Assembly (NCBI RefSeq): GCF_018350175.1
Contig: NC_058368.1
Span: 58,096,001 to 58,160,000 of the forward strand
DNA from: Felis catus
Taxonomy: Eukaryota
Length of the DNA: 64,000 nt
Reading direction: 5' to 3'
Of the stretch, positions 40,932 through 51,769 are shown one piece after another. The notes under the pieces were generated by a model. That model ran no database searches and had not been told where the DNA came from. It saw only the letters and a program-made list of their open reading frames with translations. Made by a program: the position numbers and the translations under genes. Each line of letters begins with the position of its first letter. The stretch's first letter is position 1.

Positions 40932-41065
40932 ATAAAAGAAACAAAATTTCAACTAATTTATGACTGGGAAGTAGATTTGGAGAATTAGTTTCACAGAAAA
41001 GTAGAAAAATGAATTCATAGGACAAGTATAGGAGTGCCCACTTGAGAGTTACATCGGTTAAAAAA

Positions 41066-41067
<2 letters not shown>

Positions 41068-41099
<32 letters not shown>
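41068..41099. repeat. (GT)n microsatellite
   Basis: Directly visible. Confidence 0.95.
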
Positions 41100-41102
<3 letters not shown>

Positions 41103-41518
41103 CAGTTATATCTACATGCTGCTTTACAGAGGAGAATGTTTAATTCAAGTGTAGTTGTAGTACACATACCCCAGTTTGAAGAGTTTAATCAAGAGAGATA
41201 GAGCAAACTGGAGGATATATGCAAGGGTATAATTAAACACGTGGACAATTGGTGCTAGGACCTCTCTGCAGAGAAGTGAGGATGTGAGAGGTTGATGAAA
41301 AGTGAAAAAGTCAGTAGTTTGTAGGTCATGGAAGTCTATAAAGATTTTAGAGTCAAGGTATTTGAATGATTAAACTATAAAAAGAGAAGGTGACAGGGAG
41401 ATAACTGAAATCGAGATTCAGCAGGTGGTTCTATTGTTGTTAATTAAAAATCTAGGTATGACAATTAGAATGTCTGAGGTAAGAGAGAAGAAAAGTTCGA
41501 TAGAAGACAGGAAGTCAA

Positions 41519-41657
41519 GGGTTGCCTGTGTGGCTCAGTCAGTTGAGCATCTGACTTTGGCTCAGGTCATGATCTCATAGCTTATGAGTTTGAGCCCTGC
41601 ATCAGGCTCTGTGCTGACAGCTCAGCCTGGAGTCTACTTTGGATTCTGTGCCCCCCT
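41519..41657 (+). mobile_element. CanSINE lacking CT tract and tail (3'-deleted)
   Basis: Head and body to ggattctgtgccccc, then unrelated AT-rich sequence. Confidence 0.85.
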
Positions 41658-43299
41658 ATTATTTATCTATTAATATATTTACCTATTTAACATTGAATGA
41701 CCATAAATGAGAAAATATACAATTGGTGAAATACAATGAAATGCACTAAAATCCTCACTGAATGAAGAGAAATATGAAGGAAGTAGATGACTGCAGATAG
41801 GGATAGATCACGTTATATTATGTGAAGGCATAGAGATCAACGTGTTGGTCATTTTAAGTGCCCAGATATTAAGGAATTTGGGGAGGTTGAGGTGTTTGTG
41901 GGAACTCAGATAACCTAGAATGTAGGGCATAATGAGTCTAACTCTCTTGCTAAATTAGAGACTTAGTCATGTTGATCATGTTCATATGGGTAACACTGCC
42001 CTTTATAGTTTCCTTTATGGCAGTGGCTCTTAGGCAGAACATTTAAGTGGAAGTAAAGTATAAGTCTCAGCAGGAACATAAGGAGTTCTCTGGGTCTTAG
42101 TTCAACCATGCTATCTTACTATATGAAGGAAGGCAAGAAATGAAGAGGCTTAGAGTAAATGCTAGAACTTGAATGAAAGCAATGACAACTCATGCCACCC
42201 CATCAATTATTTAACAGAACAAAGTATAATGACAAGTCTTTCTTAAGCTAGTATTATATATGTCATAGTGTTATGTCATGGCTGCATGTTATTTTTATCA
42301 ATATTTTTGAATGTAAAAATAACCCTGAATACTCACTGATGCATTATTTCAGAGATATCCCGATGGTATAGACATGTCCTCCTTTGGGGGAACCAAACAA
42401 CTAAAAATGCAAAACAAAAATTTCAAAATTATTGAACATTCATAAGTGAAGGATTGAACTTATCAAATATCTTTCATTGCCTAGGAAAGTATTTTTTTTG
42501 CACTAACTTTTTACTCTTCTCAATCACCTGGACAATTTTTAAAACAAGTATGTATTCCTTTTACTTCTTTTTTTTTCAGAAACTCAAAATTTTATGATTA
42601 TTACTTTAGTATAAATAAATCAAAGAAGTTTGTGTTTATCTAGTAAGAATTCAGATTTTTTTAAAAAAAGTGGTTGAACAGTTTCAATATTTAGGAAAAG
42701 AGAAATGTGTGGAAGGATATCAAATGGAAGAGCAATAGAAGTTGGACCAAATTTAAAATTTATCTGAAAGTCATTCAAATGAAATGTTGTACAAATAATT
42801 GATTTGGAAATACAACAGCAAACTGTTCTTGGTAGAATAAAAACAGTTACTAGCTCGGCCAAGCTAGGAATGTGACAGGTTAATTTATTTTCAAATAGTA
42901 TAGCTTTTCTGTTCCCAGTTCCTCTTGTAAACAAGAGTAGGGATGCGTGAAAATTTTATAGAGTATGAAATAGAAGATAAAGGAGATTTTTGAGGATATG
43001 AGTCTAAATAAAATTTCAATTTAAGTGAAATAGTATTAAAATAATTATTTATTAAATTAGCATCATAGCTTTTGCTACATAAATAACTTATAAAAGAGAA
43101 GGATTTAATATGACTGGTGAAAGTGCAACAAGGGTCAAGTAAGTATGAAACAATATTATAAGAAAAATGAATAGAACCATGTGTTCCTGTTTAAAATATT
43201 TTTGATTCTATACCTTTTCATAAACATTGCAGTATTGGGGTATAGGAACCAAGCATACTCACTGTATCTTAATTCAATTTAGGGGGTTCACTTCACTTA

Positions 43300-43513
43300 T
43301 TTTTTTAAATGTTTATTTATTTATTTTGAGAGAGAGAGAGAGCGCGTAAGCCCTGGAGGAGCAGAGAGAGAGATGGTGAAAGAGAATCCCAAGCAGGCTC
43401 CGCACTGTCATCATAGAGCCTGACACAGGGCTTGAACACATGAACCATGACATCAGGGCCTGAGCTGAAATCAAGAGTCGCACCCATAACTGACTGAGCC
43501 ACCTAAGCACCCT
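43300..43513 (-). mobile_element. CanSINE
   Basis: T tail, GA tract, head gagccacctaagcaccc. Confidence 0.92.
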
Positions 43514-43608
43514 ATCAGCTATTCTGAATATAGGAAAGTTGATTGGCCAAGAAAATAAGTTTGTTACCAAACAGTTATTTTTACTCTTTTTTAAATATTA
43601 CATCATAT

Positions 43609-43848
43609 GGGGCGCCTGGGTGGCGCAGTCGGTTAAGCGTCCGACTTCAGCCAGGTCACGATCTCGCGGTCCAGGAGTTCGAGCCCTGCGTCAGGCTCTG
43701 GGCTGATGGCTCGGAGCCTGGAGCCTGTTTCCGATTCTGTGTCTCCCTCTCTCTCTGCCCCTCCCCCGTTCATGCTCTGTCTCTCTCTGTCCCAAAAATA
43801 AATAAACGTTGAAAAAAAAATTAAAAAAAAAAAAAATAAATAAATAAA
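43609..43848 (+). mobile_element. Very young felid CanSINE
   Basis: TSD taaatattacatcata at 43592-43607 and 43849-43864. Confidence 0.97.
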
Positions 43849-44204
43849 TAAATATTACATCATAAAAAGTATGTAAAATACTTTACAGTACATACATAAA
43901 GTACATAAAAATACTTTACTGTTACTAGAATAAAAAAAAAAAAAATTCCAGAAACTGAAAAATAAAACCTTCGGTTACTGTGTAGATTAGTTTCATAAAA
44001 TATAGGGGGAATTTAGTTTCAAAAAAACATTTGAGAGGCTGGCCTTATAGTTTTAAAACTCCATGTACTGGGGAGTTTAGGGGCTTTAGAAACAACACAC
44101 ACGTGCATACAGGCACATACTTCTTGGGTAGATTTTTATACTGTACAACATGTATCACTAATGCATTTATTATAACATGGGCTTTATTAGTACAAACATA
44201 CCAA

Positions 44205-44345
44205 ATTATAACTTGGGAGACTTGGGTCCTATCTCCTACTCTTGCTAGTTCAGTTATAACCTTGAACTGACCATTACCCTTTGAATATTCTTTTCTATAG
44301 CAGAGATAATAACGATGCCCTCATCACATGCATATTGTGATAACT
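44205..44345 (+). mobile_element. MIR relic
   Basis: acttgggtcctatctcctactcttgctag..ataaccttgaac...ctatagcagagataataa. Confidence 0.45.
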
Positions 44346-44497
44346 TGAGCTTGGGAATTGTCTACAGTATAAAAATACAAGACAATATTTTAGTAATTAT
44401 GAAAGGCAATAGAAGTTCCAAAAGAAGGCCTTTGCCTTCTCCTGAATCGCCAGCATTCCTCCGGAAGGCTTTATTAAATGCCAAGACTTTAGGCATT

Positions 44498-44556
44498 TAA
44501 GTTTTATGTAAGCTTTGTGGTAACCACAAAGCAATAACCTATCATCGATACACACA
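44498..44556 (+). mobile_element. Short L1 inter-ORF-like fragment abutting the RPSA retrocopy
   Basis: ttttatgtaagc..tggtaaccacaaagcaa(t)aacctat..gatacaca matches recalled L1 inter-ORF consensus text. Confidence 0.55.
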
Positions 44557-45334
44557 AGGTCTGTATGGAGTTGTTCTGGATTCCCGTCCTAACTTAAAGA
44601 GAAACATTTACAATATCTGGAGTCCTTAATATCCTGCAAATGTAGGAGGATGTCCTCAAATTCCTTGCAGCAGACACCCACTTACGTAGCACCAACCTTG
44701 ACTCCGAAAGAGAGCAATAATCTACAAAAGTAAACGTAAAGGCGTCTATATTTTAAGTCTGAAGAGAACCTGAGAGCAGCTCACGGCGGCAACTGGTGCC
44801 ATTGCTGTCGCTGAAAACTGGGCTGATGTTAGTGTCACATTCTCAAGAAATACTTGCCAGCGAGGTGAGCTGGAGTTTGCTGCGACCACTCGAGCCAGTC
44901 GTATCATTTGGCCGCCTCACTTCTGGAAACTTCAGTAACCAGTTCCAGGGAGCCTCCTGTGCTGCGACTTCTGATGGTTACATATCTAAGGGCTGACCGC
45001 TATCCTCTCAGAGAGGCTTCTTATGTTAACCTGCCTATCGCTGTTCTGGGTAACAGGGACTCTCCTCTGCATTATTTGAACAGAGATCTCCCGCGCAACA
45101 AGGGAGCTCCCCAGGCGGGTCTGTTGTGATGGATGCCACCTCCGAAGTTGTGCACATGCGCAACACCGTCTCCCGTGAGCGCCCACGGGAGGTCACGCCT
45201 TCTCTTTCGTTCGCCAGAAATTCTGAGAGGATTGCAAAAGGAAAAGCAGGACCCGGGTGATGGGGCTGTGACAAAGGAGGAATTTCAGGGTAAGTGGACT
45301 GCTTCAGCTCCCGAGTTTACTGCAACTAAATCTG
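44551..45334 (+). pseudogene. RPSA: Processed pseudogene of 40S ribosomal protein SA (uS2 / 37-kDa laminin receptor); 5' UTR plus about codons 1-243 of 295
   Basis: 5' UTR gttgttctggattcccgtc..aacttaaag; ATG mutated to ATA (44613); TAG at 44643; peptide relics [14 protein letters not shown] and [21 protein letters not shown]; intronless; frameshifts; no 3' UTR or poly(A). Confidence 0.96.
44581..45320. promoter_or_regulatory. CpG-island-like segment over the RPSA retrocopy
   Basis: About 30 CpGs counted by eye in ~740 bp, against near absence in the unique flanks; NRF1-like tgcacatgcgca at 45151-45162. Confidence 0.5.
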
Positions 45335-45360
45335 TTACACAGAGTTTTTAAAACAGATAT

Positions 45361-45495
45361 TTGTCTGTTTGTTTTTGTTTATTTTTAAAGTTGGCTTCAC
45401 GCCCAGCTCCCGGCTTAAACTCACGACCCTGTCAAGACCTGAGCTGAGGTAAAGAGTCAGTTAGAGGCTTAAATGACTAAGCCTCCTTTCGCCCC
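45361..45495 (-). mobile_element. Short old-type CanSINE
   Basis: T-rich tail, aagacctgagctgaggtaaagagtc, ends ttcgcccc; flanked by acaga(ta/c)ttt. Confidence 0.75.
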
Positions 45496-45537
45496 CACAG
45501 ACTTTAAAGACTTTTTTCCTGAGGGTTGGGGGGGGGT

Positions 45538-45551
45538 AATTTTTTTATTTT

Positions 45552-45582
<31 letters not shown>

Positions 45583-45738
45583 AGGGCCAGAGAGAGAGAG
45601 GGGGAGAGAAACCTAAGCAGACTCTACTGGTAGCACGGAGCTCAACATGGGGCTCCAGCTCAGGAACCGTGAGATCATGACCTGACCCAAGCCAAGAGTC
45701 AGACGCCTAAGGGACTGAGTCACCCAGGTGCCACCCCT
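45538..45738 (-). mobile_element. CanSINE
   Basis: T tail, (GA)n, head gagtcacccaggtgcc. Confidence 0.9.
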
Positions 45739-45844
45739 CACCCGCAGCCAGACATTTAAACAGAAAGGAGAAAAAAGGTTGCTAGAAAATACTTTCTAAA
45801 AAAAAAAAAAAACCCACAAACAAAACCTGTTTCCTTGATAGGTA

Positions 45845-46210
45845 TAGTGCTGTGCAACTCGTCAAATGCCAGCCATGTTGGCTTTCACAGCGTGGCATTT
45901 TGGGGTCTCATCCCTCAAATAAGTCTTACAAATTGGGGCACTAGCTGTATGGTTCAAACATTTTGCTTCCCAGAAAGAAGCTGGGAGTTGGGACTTCCCT
46001 ACCGGTTTATGACACTGTGTCCAGGTGGAGTTTATGGTAAACCTTTCCTACCTGTTGCCAAGTGGGTATGTTCGCACTTGCCTGATGTGAAGGGCTCATT
46101 CATCTAGTTCCTGGATTTCAGATTGCACCCTGTGTAGCTGTACATTCAGTTTATTCTTGGAGTAGAGGGGAAGTTCAAGAGTCTTTGATGTCACCCTCTT
46201 GGTCCCTCCC
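45845..46210 (-). mobile_element. L1 5' UTR fragment
   Basis: gtgtagctgtacattcagtttattcttggag ... tcaccctcttggtcc, resembling the reverse complement of an L1 aagatgg start. Confidence 0.6.
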
Positions 46211-46269
46211 TCTTACTCTTTTATTAAAAATAGATAATTCATCAATCCTGGATTTTATGTCCAAGATTT

Positions 46270-46381
46270 TATTTTATTTTTAAAAATATTTTAAGTGATC
46301 TCTAAACCCGACATGGAGCTCAAATTTACAACCCCGAGATAAAAGTTGCATGCTCTATCAACTGAGCCAGCTAGGTGCCCC
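46270..46381 (-). mobile_element. Short old-type CanSINE
   Basis: TSD tccaagattt on both sides; head ctgagccagctaggtgcccc. Confidence 0.88.
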
Positions 46382-46430
46382 TCCAAGATTTGAGATGTTG
46401 TCTTATTTGTGAAAATATTTTGCTGGCCAA

Positions 46431-46617
46431 GGGCACCTGGGTGGCTCAGTCAATTGAGCTTCGTCTTTGGCTCAGCTCATGATCTCCCTGTTCATGAGTT
46501 AAAGCCCCTGACAGCTCAGAGCCTGGAGCCTGCTTTGCATTCTGTGTCTCCCTCTTTCTCTCTGCCCTTCCCCTGCTCGTGTTCTGTCTCTCTCAGAAAT
46601 GCATAAAAACATTAAAA
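46431..46617 (+). mobile_element. CanSINE with an internal deletion
   Basis: TSD aaaatatt(t/a)tgctggccaa at 46412-46430 and 46618-46636. Confidence 0.93.
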
Positions 46618-47427
46618 AAAATATTATGCTGGCCAATAAACAGACATCTGGCAAACCTGTCATTCTTGGATCCCCTTAGATCTCTTAGAATAAAATCTGC
46701 TTGGAAAAGTAATACTAAGTCTAAAGGTTGCAGGAATAATAAACATTTTGTTCAGGGTGTGATCTTCTGTCCTAGGACTACAATTACTTTTTGGTGTTAT
46801 ATTTTGTCCTTGATAATTAAGATTCCCTAAAAGTTCATAACTTCCTTGCTTAGCAAGCTCTTATCTACAAATCAAATTATTTTAGACCATTCTCCTTTTT
46901 CATAATTTCCAAGGATAAAAGATCAAAGATGTGAGCTAAGTAAGCATTTGATGCATAAAAGTAGTTAACTTCTTAGATATAAAGTAGAAACATATTACTT
47001 ATAAACTAATCAGTCAAGTAGCAAGTTACCTGAAAAGTGATGCTTGAACTCAAATACCTCACTGACCCCAAGAAATTCAAGTTTTTCATACTTCTTACGG
47101 TTTTTAAAAATAATGTCAATCATACTTTATATTAGAAATTGCTGTTTTAAGCTTCCACATGGGTGCAAGGTGATGAAGAAATAAGGAAGACTGCTAATTT
47201 GAAATTTTCTCCAAAAAACCTTGTATATACTTAAGTGCACTTAAGAGAAAATCCAAGCATCCATCAAATTCTTTATTATCCTGAAAAAGGAAATATAGAA
47301 CTAGAACTCCTTGAGGAATTAAGTAACCTTCCAAGACTTGGCAAGAGTACCAAAATGTTAAGAAAAAAAAAAATAGAACTGGGATGGTCTACTGGAAATC
47401 AAAACAAAATATACACATACTGACTTT

Positions 47428-47640
47428 TTTTTTTCAACGTTTTTTATTTATTTTTGGGACAGAGAGAGACAGAGCATGAATTGGGGAGGGGCAGAGAGAG
47501 AGGGAGACACAGAATCGGAAACAGGCTCCAGGCTCCGAGCCATCAGCCCAGAGCCTGACGCGGGGCTCGAACTCCCGGACCGCGAGATCGTGACCTGGCT
47601 GAAGTCGGACGCTTAACCGACTGCGCCACCCAGGCGCCCC
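47428..47640 (-). mobile_element. Very young felid CanSINE
   Basis: CpG-intact; TSD taca(c/t)atactgacttt at 47412-47427 and 47641-47656. Confidence 0.97.
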
Positions 47641-47696
47641 TACATATACTGACTTTAAAGTTAAGAAAACCTGTGGTAAATATCTACTTTGAAATT

Positions 47697-47918
47697 AAAA
47701 AAAAATTTTTTTAATGTTTTTTATTTATTTTTGAGACAGAGAGAGACAGAGCATGAACGGGGGAGGGGCAGAGAGAGAGGGAAACACAGAACCGGAAGCA
47801 GGCTCCAGGCTCTGAGCCATCAGCCCAGAGCTGGACGCGGGGCTCGAACTCACGGACTGCAAGATCGTGACCTGAGCTGAAGTCTGACGCTTAACCGACT
47901 GAGCCACCCAGGCGCCCC
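47697..47918 (-). mobile_element. Young felid CanSINE
   Basis: TSD tctactttgaa(a/g)tt at 47683-47696 and 47919-47932. Confidence 0.96.
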
Positions 47919-48177
47919 TCTACTTTGAAGTTAAATAGCTGTATACTTATCTTCATTTTTTTGAAACTTTATTTTTTATTAGTGAATTGAGTAAAATAGC
48001 AAACAAATCAAATAATTATTCTATTAATTTATATTACATTATTGAAACAATCATCATCCTTTAGGATAACTCATTTGTAAAACTTTATTGATGAAGAAAT
48101 CTTGACTGAGATAAATATGCTATTTCAGGTCATTCTATTGATTTTTAAAGCCTGAAGGAAAGCATATTGTAAGAATT

Positions 48178-48207
48178 TGTGTGTGTGTGTGTGCGCGCGC
48201 GTGTATG
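48178..48207. repeat. (GT)n(GC)n alternating purine-pyrimidine tract
   Basis: gtgtgtgtgtgtgtgcgcgcgcgtgtatg. Confidence 0.9.
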
Positions 48208-48344
48208 AAGTTGCTTACTAATATTTCACTTAACTGCAAGTTTTGGAACTTAACATCATTCAGTTAGTATATAAATAGATTGGATTGTTTCATTACATAT
48301 ATTATTCATGTTCAAAACAATTACATATGTATTGATACCAAGCT

Positions 48345-48440
48345 AAGTATCATCTTCATTTTACAGAGGAGAAAACAGTGGCTCAGAGATTCAAGCTTAA
48401 TATCCTGCTTTTCATAAAGTCAAAATAGCACCAAAACAGA
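48345..48440 (-). mobile_element. MIR core relic
   Basis: cattttacagaggagaaaacagtggctcagaga. Confidence 0.65.
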
Positions 48441-49464
48441 ACTCAAAGAACACAGGACTGAACTCCAAAAAAAACCATACAACTCTTCCCAGACCATTAC
48501 CTATTCACACAGCAGACTTGATAAGAAGAAAAAAATGAGACACTATCAAATTTCCATTTATGTAAGTATGAGATTTAACTGCTTCAGACGTAAAGAAATT
48601 TGAGTAAGAAAATATAGTTCTTTTTTCTTATAAAGCATTTTAAAAAACTTCATTGTTCACAGTGCTTGAATTTAAATTTGATGTGGACTCTTGACTTTTG
48701 TTCACTGAAGCATTTCCTATTAGCATTCTAATTACATCAAACACACATACTGGAACTGTTATTCTGTGCTTATTATTTCCATATAGACTTCATTGAAAAT
48801 TAAGCTCTAACTTACGTTATCTCAGTGGAGTTCCAGAACATGACATTTAGTACTTGAGAAATCAAAGTTGCATTATTTTTTTTATGTTGTAACCATAGCA
48901 GTTATATGTGTGCTTCTTGTTTTTCAAGCCTGAAATTAACTACTTGAAATGTGCATTTTAACTATATGATAAGCATTGAGTTCCAAAGAAAGAGTTTGCT
49001 TCGGTGAAGAATAACTAAGCTATGGGCATTGCTTTCAATCTTTAATAAAATGCAGATTACCCATTAAAAAGCAAAGCTTTCATTTCATAAATTGAATAGA
49101 AAGATGATTGAAATAATTATAACTGGTTAAAGTAGGTCACTTTGAAAAGTCAAATATAAGTATCTCTCTAGAGGGCTTGTAGTGTTTTTATTTAATTTTG
49201 AATAGAAAATATTTTCACTTATTTTAAACATTGAGTGTTTTGTTTTCTTCCCTTAAAACTAGAATTGACTGGTATGAATATTTCAACATAAAGTCTTTAT
49301 TTAAAAATAAATCCTGAAATTTTTATTAATTTTAGATAAACACATCTTCAGTATTCATTGAGATTAAAATTCTTACAGAAGATATTTATTCTTCTACTTT
49401 GCTAGCAACTCAACCTTATGATAAGTAGTATGGTCTAATAGTCACTCTTGAAATAAGATAAAAG

Positions 49465-50012
49465 TCTAGTGAAATATGTTAAATGTTAAAAGGAAAAGAA
49501 ACAAAGGCCAACCTAAAAGTCTGTATCTAGTGAAATTATCATTTAAATAATGAGTAAATATTAAGACAAATAAAAATTGAGGGCATTTTTTCCCAGTAGA
49601 CCTGTCTTAAAGGAAATTTTAAAAGAAGTTCTTTATAGAAAAGGAAAATGATACAGTTCAGAAATATGGGTCTATGTAAAGAAAACAGTAGTGTTATAAA
49701 GGGACTATTATAGGTAAAATAAAATATTTTATTTTCTCCTTTTTAATTTATCAGCTAAAATTTTATTTAAAATAATGTATGAGGTGGTTATAGTGTGTAG
49801 ATAAAGTAAATGACAGGTATGTTAGACAGGTGGGAAATTTTGGGAATATTCTGTTATAAGGTGTGTGCACTACACATCAAGTGGTACAGTGCAATATGAA
49901 GGAAGATTTACATTAATTGTAAATTATATTTCCAAATTCAGGCAAACACTAACAACAAAAAAGGAAGTATAATTAACATGCTGAGAGAATAGAAAATGAA
50001 GTCATGAAAAAC
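49465..50012 (+). mobile_element. Old L1 ORF1 end and inter-ORF relic
   Basis: ctgtatctagtgaaattatc..., ccagtagacctgtcttaaaggaaattttaaaagaagttc. Confidence 0.7.
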
Positions 50013-50139
50013 TATACTTCCAGCTGTTCAGAATTTGTTGTCTATTGTTTGTTTTGTTTTGTATTATTGCCAGCTCTTTTTTGCGGTGTTCAACAAATGA
50101 GGACAGTTTTATTCATTATTTTATATCTTTGTGCACTTT

Positions 50140-50643
50140 TAAAAAATTTTATTTGACTAGCTAGACCCTTCTAGTACTATGTTGAATAGAGGTTGTTAAG
50201 AAGAGGTATCATGGTCTTTTTCCCAATATGGGGAGGAGAGACACTCACTTATTATTAACTATGACATTAGCTATAGGTGTTCTGTAACTGTCTATTACTA
50301 GTTTGAGAAAATTCAATTCTGTTGGTAGTTTCCTAAACGCTTATAACAGGAATGGATGTTACATTTTATCAAATGCTTTTCCTGCATTTATTGATATTAT
50401 CATGTGTAAATTTTAGATTTGTTTGCTTGTTTTGTCTTTCCTATCCTATTATATGTAGAAGTAGGTAATGTTATTTATGTTCATTGATTTATGGTTTTTA
50501 AACTACCAAATTTTCCTTAGATAAACCCCACTTGGTCATGGTGTATAAAGGTTTCTATGTTTATAGATTCAGTTTGTTAATATTAAAAAAATTGTGTGTA
50601 TATTCATGAAAGATATTTTTCTGTGGTTTTCTTTTTTTTCTTC

Positions 50644-50709
<66 letters not shown>

Positions 50710-51030
50710 AATCTTCATCCTATATCCATGTTGGGGTAATATAAAGAGTTGGAAAGTTAGGGTAGGATTAGGATATCTTTACCTTAGGTGTTTGATAAAG
50801 TTAACTCAGTTTCATTTATGGGAAGATTTTTTAATTAGTTCACCTTTACTACATGATCTATTTACAAATTTGATTGATTCTTAATTCAATTTTGGTGATT
50901 TTTATCTTTCTAGGAATTTGTTGATTTCATCTCATTTGTCTTATTCTGTAGCATACAGCTATTCATAATATTTCTTTATAATTATTTTAACATCTTAGGA
51001 TCTATAGAGGTGCTCTCTTTAATTTCTATA
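50140..51030 (-). mobile_element. Old L1 ORF2 relic, with (TTTC)n at 50641-50709
   Basis: ttctagtactatgttgaataga, tttatcaaatgcttttcctgcat, ataaaccccacttggtcatgg. Confidence 0.75.
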
Positions 51031-51347
51031 AATTGAATTGTAATGACCATCTACACTGAATATATGTTTCCCTTACACTGCTATTAGAAAAATTCATAAT
51101 AAGTGCATTATATGAAAATGAGATGCTTTTAATACCATACAGAGAAGTTCTTTATCTTCATGTAATTCAAGGAAGATTTCTATTTTTAAAATTTTATCTC
51201 ACTGTTTATATTTCTGAAGGTATACTAATAACCTATTTACTCATTCAGTAACACTTAACCTTTCATTCTGCTTTAAAATAAATTAGGTAAATGATAAAGA
51301 AAAAATTAGAAAAAACAACTCTGATCTTTAAGAGTATCTCACTACAG

Positions 51348-51612
51348 GGTGCCTGGGGGGCTCAGTCATTAAGCATCTGACTTCAGCTCAGGTCATGATC
51401 TCACAGTTCTTGAGTTCAAGTCTCACATCAGGTGTGCTTGAGCCCTGCTTCAGGTGAACATGCTCATCACTTCAGATGAGCCCCAGTTCTCTCTTCCTCT
51501 CCCTCTCTTTCTCCTGGGATTCTCTTCCTCTCCCTCTGCCAATCCTGGGATTCTGTCTCTCTTTCTCTGCCCCTCACTCAATTGCACACACTCTCTCTCA
51601 AAAAAAAAAAAA
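51348..51612 (+). mobile_element. CanSINE variant with internal tandem duplications
   Basis: Normal head, repeated gagccc..cttcaggtga and cctgggattct units; degenerate TSD ..tct(c/t)actaca. Confidence 0.85.
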
Positions 51613-51769
51613 TTTCTTACTACATAAAGGATTCTTAGAATTTTAGCAGCCATCTTAATTTTAATGGCAATTCACACTTCAACCCTAACATTGTCCTACT
51701 ATCCCATATGTTATATGTAATGTATAGCATATGACATATTCTCATATGTGGCATAAGATAATGTTTCTT

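Larger units (their letters stand above)
40120..41900 (-). mobile_element. Long degenerate L2
   Basis: attaaattagcatagtggagatcactggg, aataactgaaatcgagatt, tctaggtatgaca antisense L2 motifs. Confidence 0.5.

Noticed and set aside
42555..42960. Strong polypyrimidine-AG acceptor followed by coding-looking text
   Set aside because: Stops interrupt the + strand frames I read, there is no convincing donor and I recognise no homology.
44796..45351. Overlapping ORFs as a functional RPSA retrogene protein
   Set aside because: Start codon lost, early stop, several frameshifts, conserved residues replaced and C-terminus missing.
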